Assembly (NCBI RefSeq): GCF_022539665.2
Contig: NC_081332.1
Span: 3,038,001 to 3,102,000, forward strand
Length of the DNA: 64,000 nt
From: Daphnia carinata
Taxonomy: Eukaryota
Reading direction: 5' to 3'
This document shows, piece after piece, positions 38,045-47,907 of the stretch; position 1 is the stretch's first letter; every line of letters begins with the position of its first letter. Below the pieces are notes generated by a model. It did no database searches and was not told the origin of the DNA. It saw only the letters and a program-made list of their open reading frames with translations. The position numbers and the translations under genes are program-made.

Positions 38045-41000
38045 CTTTTGGGCGAGTTACAAAAAGGACTCCAGGGTTTGCGACGTTTGGTTGCAGGTTT
38101 CCGACACTTGGACATCTGGTACCCGACGAAAGGACATCTGTCTACCGACTTTCGGACTAGTGGTTCCCGACGTTTGGGCGCAACAACAAATTGTTGCTGA
38201 ACCCAACGAGTGGTACACTTGACGCCAAGAGGATTCCAGTGCAATTGACGTTAGGGATTTGACTCTTTTTTTTCCTTGATGATCGGGACCCTAAACGTAA
38301 AATGGATACGTATGTAAGCGACAAGTGGACTCCCCATCCAGCGACAAATGGACTCCTGATCTAGGTACACATTAATTATCGGAACTATTTACCTAGAGTA
38401 TTGTCAACTAGTTTGGTAGTTAATATATTTCATTGCTGTACAAATATCTTGCTATTATTTATTGGTTAATGAAATCTGGTATTTGTGTTGTAAAAAAAAA
38501 GTGTAAATAAAATAATATAAAATTAGCGCCACTTGCAATTGCGTTATTTACTTTTTTGTGATGGCTTTTGACAGAAACCAAAGTGTTATTTATACGTTAG
38601 TGCAAAATTACGTCAAATCAAAAGAGTGTGTTGCGCACTTGAAGTGCTACGTAGAAAAGGATAGTGATGTCATGAAAGCTGCAATCGAACACGATTGGGG
38701 TAGGTTAAAAGTTAATGCCACATATGGTATTATTTCATCCCCTAACAACACACAGAGGATAAACGCCGTAAGTTGTTGCCTTTAATCAAACATAATGATT
38801 TCTTTTACTATAATATTCCTTCGTCTTCCTTAACAGCTGTTTGGCGAAATTGAAACCTATCTTACCAATAATATAGAAGCTATTTTCCCAGAACAAGTAA
38901 ATCTTTCTCGAGCAGGAATTCGAAAGCTCGTTCATTATGTGCTGATACCAGAAGTAAAGCATACTAATTTTTATTACTTAAATTTACAGTACTTATACTT
39001 GGCTTATTCCAGGCACTGAGGTATGGTGTAGCAATACAAACCATTTCCTATAACCTTAATGCATATTCTATTCAAGACATTGTATGGTATGGTTACGAGC
39101 ACTTCATGTGCTGATTGAGAAATATGAATCTGGAAGCAAAGGTAATAACACGAAACAATTCAAATGCCTATATTAAGTAATTAATGAACACGCCATTTTT
39201 TCATTTACAGTGCAACCTCATAAGTCTGACTCAAAGTCAACAGCAATACTTGATTCGAGTAACCAATGTATACATGGAAAAAAGATAATGGTAACGTAGT
39301 TATTCTTATGGAAATCGCTGCCTTGCTTGTTCGTGTCTATATGATGGTTTTGATTGCGGAATACGAGTGAAAAGTTATGGATGCAAGTTGTTTCCTTCTG
39401 GCAAAGCTAGAATGGTTTTACTTTTACTTCTATTAATCCGAATACCATTCTGGCCGACATTATGCCTTGCGCTTGTTCGTATGTGTTGCAAGAAACTGAA
39501 TAAAGGTATGAAATTGAAATAAAATGTAACATATCTAAAACATATAAAGTTATTTTTGGGCAGCATGTGCATTTCTTTGCACTTTGTTCAGTTTACACAA
39601 GCAGGTAGCCAAGCTTCTTCATTATCGGAAAGAAACGGTTATAGGCCTAGTTTTTTAAGCTTATTCAAAAACTCTTTATTGATTGAAGCCATATCTTATC
39701 AGTGAAGAATGATATTTTGACTCTAGAAACCATATGAAAAGGACAATGTTTTTCATTGTTTTTTACCTGAGGTTACTGCTAACGGATTTAGTGATCTTTG
39801 ACTAGCGTCGACATATGTATGCTCTGCTTTCATTTCCGCGTTTCCTCTATCGCATAATCATTGCATGCAAACCTACATAATTTCCGAAATTTTGTTTTGA
39901 ATTATGCCCCCATTTATTTACTTCATGAGCCATATGGGTAGCGCGCACTACAGTGTGTAACAATGGTAACTGATTTACGCCAAGTCAAAACAAGAAAGCA
40001 AACCAGCATACAGTGCCGGATATTCTTCTGTTTCAAACATGCTTCATTGTAAAAAAATGACGTCAACTCCGACTTCAAATGGACACATCACATCAACTCC
40101 GCTGATAGCAACAGCTTCTACTATTCCATCCAGGGTCAAATTCGGAATGGAGAATTCCCACTCAATTCCCAACTTTACGTCAAAACTTGTTATCACCACT
40201 GAGCTGACTGGATATTCTGCCACGTAAATATATACCCTATAGCAACGTTTGGAATTTATAACGCAATGACTCCAACTTACGACGTGTAGGGTATTGAGGA
40301 GGGGTTAAGTCAGCTAGCCACTCAGAAGCTATCCGGAAGCGAGAATTGGTGTGGAATTTTCCTTTACTTGATCGATAGTAAAGGTAAGTGTTGCTGCTGC
40401 AAATAACAATGTAATACATTCGTTAATTTCACAGTACTATTTGAAGATTTACTATGTTAGCTTTATCTTTTACTGCATATTCACATTGGACTAATTGAGA
40501 AAACTTGGGCTGCTGGCTGTTCATCAATAGCAGATGTAAGATCTTCTGCTGTAATAGCAATACAATTGGCTTATTAATTTCCGAGTGTTATTTGAAGATT
40601 TGATGTGTTAACTTTACCTTTTCCTGCAAATTCACATTGAATGAATGACATATCCTGGGTTATTGGCTGTTCATCCATCGCACAGGTAAGATCTTGTACT
40701 GTAAATACAATATAATTCATTCACTCATTAGAGTATTATTTAAAGAATAACTACATTACCATTATCTTTTTTTCCATGTATACATTAGTTACTCGAGTCA
40801 AGTATGGCTGTTGATGTAAGATCTTCCGCTGTAATAGCAATACAATTGGCTCATTAATTTCAGTGTTATTTGAAGATTTCATGTGTTAACTTTACCTTGA
40901 GGTGAAGTAATTCCGAAAATTAATGTGTACCTAAATTAGGAGTCCATTTGTCGCTGGATCGGGAGTCCACTTGTCGCTGACATACGTATCCATTTTAAGT

Positions 41001-41250
41001 TTATAGTCCCGATCATCAAGTAAAAAAAAAATCAAAAGCCCTAACGTCAATTGCACTGGAATCCTCTTGGCGTCAAGTGTACCACTCGTTGGGTTCAGCA
41101 ACAATTTATTGTTGCGCCCAAACGTCGGGAACCACTAGTCCGAAAGTCGGTAGACAGATGTCCTTTCGTCGGGTACCAGATGTCCAAGTGTCGGAAACCT
41201 GCAACCAAACGTCGCAAACCCTGGAGTCCTTTTTGTAACTCGCCCAAAAG
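38045..41250. mobile_element. Non-autonomous 3.2-kb DNA element with ~350-bp terminal inverted repeats
   Basis: 38045-~38395 is the reverse complement of ~40900-41250 (mirrored ORFs MHWNPLGVK... at 37831-38244(-) and 41051-41284(+)). ACT flanks both ends (possible 3-bp TSD). No intact transposase inside. Confidence 0.8.
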
Positions 41251-41349
41251 ACTCTGTCCCGCTCCCAACCCCGATCCATGCTAGTCTATAAGAAAGATTT
41301 TAAGCAATCGTCTTTCTAAGTCGTGACAAAAACTGTCTCAGTTTCAGTC

Positions 41350-41902
41350 ATGCGTTCTCCTACTCTGAGTTTCGTTGCAAGTGTATTTCTTTTTTCATAC
41401 ATTGCACTAGCTGATGAGTTACAAAGCACTAACGTAGTCAAGGCTAGAATTGAGGTAAGCATTACTAATTTATGTATTATTAATATGATAATTCCAAACA
41501 TGAAGATTGACATGTCCTTTACTTTTTAGAGCTGTGGTGGGTGACGTCTGAACAGACTTCCTCAGGTGAAGAAATTCATTTACGAGGATGTTGAGTTATT
41601 GTATCCTTTTGATGAAATAATTTAGTTATAATGTGAAGTATCTATGATAAGGATGTTTTCCTTAACTGCTTTTGTTTGACAGTCACAATGTGCTGTTCAA
41701 GTCCATTCCAGGTGCATCTCCTTCTATTCTCCTTTTGAATGAATTCGATGAAGTTGTGGAGAAGGTTGATATTTCAGAATTTTCAAGAGAGGAGTGCAAC
41801 AACTTCCTTTTGCGCCGTGGCTTCTTTAAAAAGTCAAACACAATTGATGAGGTGCCTGAACATTTATTGAATGGTCCTTACTTTCCAAAAGAGGATTTGT
41901 AG
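41350..41902 (+). CDS. SelM: Selenoprotein M (Sep15/SelM family) with Sec-encoding TGA at 41542-41544; exons 41350-41454, 41530-41600, 41683-41902
   Basis: Signal peptide, then ARIE|SCGGU RLNRLPQVKKFIYEDVELFHNVLFKSIPGASPSILLL. The CxxU motif and downstream sequence are SelM-like; C-terminus KEDL is an ER-retention-like signal; SECIS lies downstream. Confidence 0.93.
41601..41682 (+). other. U12-type (minor spliceosome) GT-AG intron in SelM
   Basis: 5' site GTATCCTTTT, branch site TTTTCCTTAAC at 41656-41666, AG at 41681-41682. Removal restores the frame (TT|T = Phe). Confidence 0.9.
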
Positions 41903-41975
41903 GCTGAATCTATTTGTTTGTAAAAATATCTGATGGCTTTTGTATGCTGTTTTCTAAAAGCTCAAATTTCAATTG

Positions 41976-42033
41976 GCTTGTATGAAGCTTGCATTGCTAA
42001 ACTTTAATAATGGTGCATGCAAGCAGATGAGGC
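41976..42033 (+). promoter_or_regulatory. SECIS element in the SelM 3'UTR
   Basis: ATGAA (41982-41986), helix GCTTGCAT (41987-41994) pairing with ATGCAAGC (42017-42024), apical AAA (41999-42001), AGAT (42025-42028), and lower helix GCTT/AGGC. Confidence 0.88.
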
Positions 42034-42713
42034 AGTGCAGTTTCTGTGCTGTGGCCAAACAATTTGATGCTGTTGAATACAACACAATCAAGCTGTCTAC
42101 AATAACTAGTTGTAATGCATTGGTAACGTACACAAGTGCGTGTTATTATTTTTCATTAGTGATCCGACAACGTATGAGGTAATATTTTATATCTTATTCT
42201 GTTTTCGAATATTCCGAGTAAACAATTGGTCGTTGTGTGTGACTGATTCTAGGCTTACAATTCCTTAGAAGGACGCTGCATGTGTGCACAGCTGTTATTT
42301 ACATGTCGACTTTGTGGTCAGTTCTTCCGTCTTTCGATGCACATTTCGTCGTGTGGAACATGAGGTTTTACGTCGGTGGTTTTTGACTGAATTCTAATCA
42401 TCCCCTCTAGTCGAATGGCTGATGCAAATTGTACGACTGTACATTGTTATAGCTCATGCATGCTTTTAGCGAACGAGTTTTGTTGAAGGTAAGTGTCACG
42501 ATTAAATATCCTGATCCTCGTAATTGCCATAATGTACTAAGTAATGTTTTATATGGAACAAAAATTTTAAAATGTTTCTTTGTCACATGAATGACTTTAT
42601 GTTCCTACGCTACGCTTACCACGCAAACTCGAGGAGTTGGTTAGTTGGCATGGAAACATGAAATCAACTATACTTATCTGTATTTAGTGCTGTTATAATC
42701 AAGAGAAGCCGAT

Positions 42714-44242
42714 ATGGATAATCGCCAGGTTCTGATTAATATCTTACAAGACATGCAAAACAATATTAAGGTGGTGTTGCAATTAGCAAAACAACCCAGT
42801 GATGAACCATTGCAAGAGAGATTCTATCACTGGCTTAAAGAACGCTTCCCACTTTGGAAGAACAACGAAGAAATACCTGATATATCGACCTGTAATCAGT
42901 CAATAGACGAAACGGTGGATACCGTGAACAGATTTGCTCAGTACATAGCGGACGAGATTGCAAAGGGACAAACGGTGGATGGATGTCGGACAAGGCTGCC
43001 ACGACTCCGGGAAGAGCGAGAAAGAATGGAAACCCGATTACGCCAACTAAAGGTGGATCGAGAACACGAGGAAGCTTTGCAAAGATCAGAGTTGCAATCT
43101 CGACTTGACCTGATTCAAGATCTGAAAACCCGTTTGCGAGAGACGGAAGAACGGACGACTAGCTGTGTTCGCCTGGCAAAGTATAGTTTAAAATTTTTAA
43201 ACTTGTTTGAAGACAGAATTGTGCGTACGTGTATTTCACTTATTAACAATTTTATTGTTATTTACTTTTCATTTTTTTAGAGAATGCAGAGAAATGGCAA
43301 GGAAAGAATGGGATTCAAAAAATCAGAAACCGCTCGAGGAACAAAAACTTCATTTTGAACTCCTGAGCGCTCAGCTCGCCAACCTTATGAAGGAGAATGC
43401 AATCACGGAAAATCAGTTAACGAAATGTTGGTAAGTTACTAAATATCAATTGTTTGTTTTTTTATTTATTTATCACTCTGATTTTATGGTTTGTTAGTGA
43501 AGAGCGGAAGCAAGATGTAGAAACGATGACTATTAAAATGAACGAAGATATTCGCCAACGTCAAGAGGAAGTAGATAATCTGAAACGTGAAGTTTCACTC
43601 GAAAGGAAAAAACTTCAAGAGTTAGAAGATGCCTTAGCAATCGTGACAATAGATTACGACTTAATCATGGAACAACGCCAAAAGGAAGCTGAAGAAGCGC
43701 TGCGACGGCAAATAGAAGAGCAGATCCGCGAAAAAGCTGCTATCAAAATCCAGCGGTGGTACCGTTTCATTCTCTTTAGAACCATTAGAGCGCGTCGAAG
43801 AAGGAAGAAGTCAAAACGTAAAGTATCTAAGGAAGTCAAAAGAGCTCCTATAGAAAGGAACAAGATAGCTCCTGAAGAAGCACGTCCGAATAGCGAGTAC
43901 GAGAGAGATACATCCAGAGAATTAGGTTCCACAGAAGCTGTTCTTGGCGTCCTAGTAGCGCGGAAGTCTGCTATAATGCGTAATAGAAGTTTTGCCGTCT
44001 CCGATGCAACTGATTTAAATACAGAAGATACTCCCTCTGAATTTGAAGATGGAAAAGAATTGGGTAAAAAGAACCCACCGAAACCTAAAAATAAGAAGAC
44101 CACTTCTGCTGTTCGTCCCCTCACCGTAAAAAAAGGAACCAATTCTGCTGACAAGGAAGTGAAGATCAAGCCTACAACTAGCCAAAATCGTTCTTCACAA
44201 ACGGACAATCGGGTTCCCAAATCCAAGAAACTTTTTCGGTAG
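42714..44242 (+). CDS. Coiled-coil IQ-motif protein, IQCD/DRC10-like (3 exons)
   Basis: Long coiled coil ending KMNEDIRQRQEEVDNL...ERKKLQEL...IMEQRQ...AAIKIQRWYR, followed by a Lys/Arg-rich tract. This recalls the IQCD/IQCG C-terminal layout. Confidence 0.65.
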
Positions 44243-45406
44243 TTACTGTCTGAACAGGCATAGAATCAGAAAATAGGTATGTAGAAACGTCATGCTCACT
44301 GCGTGCTGGACGCACATATTCTCGGTAATCGTAATAGTGTATTCTCTCTCCATAAACTATCAGTATGATATAAAAAAAGTGGCATTGTTGTAGAGTTAGC
44401 TTATACGAATATTGTGTGGAATGTATTCTGTGCGTCTGGGAACTGCGTAGATTCGACACTTTTATAGTGTGATCGTCTGTCTGCGTGTTGGCAATTTCTT
44501 TGACTAAGACAACCACGTATTCGCTTTGCTTATTCTGAATGACTGCAATCCACGACATCTAACAATAAAACAAAAGGTATACAACCACAGTTAGATGTAT
44601 CGTTTTTTATTATTTTTTATTATTTTTATTATTCTTTTTGTCTGATAGGATATGACAGGGGAAAAAATGGCTTTTGAAAATTACGAATTTTTTTTCTAGG
44701 ACATGCTTAAAACTGTTTTCAAGACATTCGCTGCAGAAGAGGTAATTTTCTCAAAGGAAGTTATTGATAGAAGATTACAAGAGGCATTCTGCAAAATAAG
44801 TTGCAGTTTTTACGATACTTCCGATACTACCCGAAGCTATCGAAAACGATATTAAAATTAACTTTTTAACTATTAGAATCGAACTCTAAAATTAAAACTC
44901 AATCGAATTTCAAGATAGGGATTCTGTCTAAAGATCTAGATGAAATGATACAGTACACAACTGGACCCTAGTTGTCTATATTTGTCGCAGTAGATAGCGT
45001 TAGCTTAAAAAATAATTTCGATCGAAATCACGATAATTTCATCGAAATCAGCGTTCATTTTTTATTGTGCCATGTATTTTTTCCCAAGGCCATTAGGAAT
45101 TTCGCGAACACCGGGAGCCGTTGAGTAGTTTTAAGCCACCAACCGGATTTTTCTTTTATTCGTTTGCACGAAAAAATGGTTTTTCTAAGCACGTTTCAAA
45201 ACAGGGGTAAAAAAGTGGCTAGTGCAAATTTTAACCCCCAGCTGTCGCTGAGAGACACAACCAGGAACCCTTTTGTATTGGTGTTAGGCCATGTTGATGT
45301 ATGTATGGTGGGTTCACTGTTCAACAAAAACAAGTGAGTTGATTTCAATGATTACGTCATTATTGTTATAATAATTAATATATTTGATCATAAGCTATTT
45401 ACGAAA

Positions 45407-46216
45407 ATGCTAATCGAAGTGGACGATCCTCGAACGGTCACAGTGATGGGACTCCTGCAACATTGTAATTCATCTGAACTGAAAGAACTTTTAAACGAAG
45501 ACGCCCGCTTAGAGTTTATCATTCGCGATTCTCAGTTGGTAATTATATTGCTAGTTACTACATTTTTTCTTTATTTATTTCAACAGAACAATGATTACAT
45601 TTACCTTTTCTAGGTCAAGCAACAAGAAGGAGAAAAAGATATGCTACTAGCAAGCAACAAATCTTTAGCTGAATACAACTTAACTTGGGAACCTAAGATT
45701 AGTTCTAGAAAGCAGAAATTAGTTGAACTCTATCAGATTGGCTCTCAGCTTGAAAGAAGTCAAGAAGAAAAAGAAAAGCGGATGGAAGAGCAAGGTGATA
45801 GTATCACACTTGACACAGCAATTGGTTTACTTCAATCTGCCACACTACAAGCTGAAGAAGAGTCTGAACAACTGGCTGATAAATTTCTTGATAGAGCTTT
45901 GGATGTTGATACATTTGTTGAGGAATTTCAACAGAGACGCAAGATGGCTCATCTACGCAAAGTCAAGGCTGATAAAATGAAAGAACTTGTTGCCAAACAA
46001 AAGCATTCTGCTCATCAACATGGCATTTCAACCCACATAAGGCCAGCCCCACCTCTTCCAAGCTATGTCACTCATTCTTCAAGTGCCAATCCTCCACCTT
46101 ACCCTATCCAGAATGCTCCAGGAAACCTTCCCTATCCAATCTTCCCCCCAAACAATGCTTCTAGTATGCCCTACCCTATCTATCCAAATTGTAATGTATA
46201 TGACCCCAGGATGTAA
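45407..46216 (+). CDS. Vps37: ESCRT-I subunit VPS37 (Mod(r) domain plus Pro-rich tail), 2 exons
   Basis: ELKELLNE, MLLASNKSLAEYNL, AEEESEQLADKFLD, FVEEFQQRRKMAHLRKVKADKM, and a PPPYP/LPYP tail. Intron about 45539-45612. Confidence 0.92.
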
Positions 46217-46347
46217 ATTGGAAACATCCTGCTACAGTGTAATTCAAGGTTTACAATATTTGAAGCAGTCTTCACTTTTTTCTTGTCTTGTATTTAAAGG
46301 CCTACAAACATTAATAGTGAGTTCAACTGTACACAAACCAAAAAACT

Positions 46348-47007
46348 TTATGGCCTCTTGTAATTTTCTTTTATTACATCATAATTAGGTTTTCCTAGCA
46401 TGTGGAGCCCAGCCAAAATCATGATGCTTAATAAAACAAATGCAATAGCATTGTCTGATTTTTTAAATTCAGTTTCATTTATTCTTGCATCATATTTGGC
46501 CTGCCATCTCTCTTTGGCTACAGTTCTTCTATTCAATGTAGTCCCATAATGAAGTCTAGACCATTGGTCATAGTCGTAAACAGTTGTTCGTCCTGTAGCT
46601 GGTTGTGATCTAGTCTTCTTAAAAGGTGACTGTGTTTCACTTTCTTCATGCACTACATCAACTCCATGGGGAATGAAACCATCATGTGGCAGAAGTCCTT
46701 TATCGTACATTTTACGAAGCTTTAGATTTCCAAGGATTTCATAAGCAGTAGAGATCTGCCTAAATTTGACAGCAGATTCTTCACTCTGGTCACTCACATC
46801 TGGATGGAAAACTTTCGACAACTTATAAAACGAAGCTTTGATTTCTGCTTGTGTAGATTTAGAGGTCAATCCCAGAATTTCGTAGTGATTTGCTGGAGGT
46901 CGAGTTTTTTTCGAAGATAGAAACCTGCGTGAAGGCCTAACCCAGAGAGCGAATGTATTGTTTATGGAACTTTTGACGATCCAACAACCAAGGTAGCAAG
47001 CAAACAT
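46348..47007 (-). CDS. DNAJC30: Mitochondrial J-domain protein, DNAJC30-like (single coding exon)
   Basis: Basic presequence, J domain NHYEILG...FHPD...AYEILGNLKLRKMYDKG, YDYDQWSRLHYG motif and C-terminal TM helix. Confidence 0.85.
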   Translation of the reverse strand: MFACYLGCWIVKSSINNTFALWVRPSRRFLSSKKTRPPANHYEILGLTSKSTQAEIKASFYKLSKVFHPDVSDQSEESAVKFRQISTAYEILGNLKLRKMYDKGLLPHDGFIPHGVDVVHEESETQSPFKKTRSQPATGRTTVYDYDQWSRLHYGTTLNRRTVAKERWQAKYDARINETEFKKSDNAIAFVLLSIMILAGLHMLGKPNYDVIKENYKRP

Positions 47008-47245
47008 GATCACCTACTACGGTTACGGAAAAAAAGTTAAATTGCACATTCTGTTACATTACTTTCCAGAATTTACCCCAGACGAAGTTGAAAACATTTA
47101 ATTTAAGTAAGCCAATATTTATTATTTGTTTTGCATGTCGACTTGTTACGAAACACTTTCGTCTGCTCGATACAATTTGAAGAAGGGACTAAACAGTAAA
47201 TAATAGACAGTAAAAATTCTATTACGACGACGTGATCAGCTAAAC

Positions 47246-47907
47246 CAGAGTCATAGAAACCTGGTTGCTCCACGGTGTGTGTAAATGCCACAAGGATTTG
47301 CGGGGACTTGTGGTCGAAATTTCCGCCCCTTTGTGGGCGGAGCTGGCAGCGTCGGAGAGCCATCTGTTGACTAGAATTAGAGATATCCTGCCATCCTGCA
47401 ATAAAATCATAAGGGATACGACATTAAATATCAGTTGTTGGGTCTAGTGGATAGCACCTACGATCGAGTTCGAATCCAGTAGCTGGATTATCTTTTTTCC
47501 ATTTCCTAACGTATGCTGACCACACGCTGCGCTAGGTTCCACTTTCCACTGTTTTTCCACTCATTTCAATTCTGTATTAAAATTTTATATTACGTAATTT
47601 TATATTAGTATCATATCTATTACGCCTCTGTCAATTAACTTTTTTGCGCAAGAAGTATTGCGCGCTGACAGGACGTTATTATAGTAGGCCATGCTTGAAA
47701 GACACGCTTGACTTGGCCATCCGACTACTCTAAGTACAAACGCTGGAGGGGTGTTCTACGGCTACTGATTCCATTTGGTTGGGACCGCGTAGTACTCAAC
47801 CAAAACCGCTAGGTTCGCTATAAAACTGCCAGAATTCGACCACAAGTCCCCGCAAACCCTTGTAGCATTTACACACACCGTGGAGCAACCAGGTTTCTAT
47901 GACTCTG
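47246..47907. mobile_element. 662-bp MITE with ~73-bp TIRs (CAGAG...CTCTG) and 7-bp TSD GCTAAAC; P-element-like ends
   Basis: TIR CAGAGTCATAGAAACCTGGTTGCTCCACGG... is mirrored at ~47835-47907 with 2 mismatches. GCTAAAC occurs at 47239-47245 and 47908-47914. Confidence 0.9.

Noticed and set aside
37831..38244. Duplicated 'MHWNPLGVK' protein genes (also 41051-41284)
   Set aside because: Chance ORFs with non-ATG starts, produced by the two TIRs of the element.
43654..44226. 190-aa antisense ORF, and similar antisense ORFs over the chitinase
   Set aside because: Shadows of the real coding strand with no independent features.
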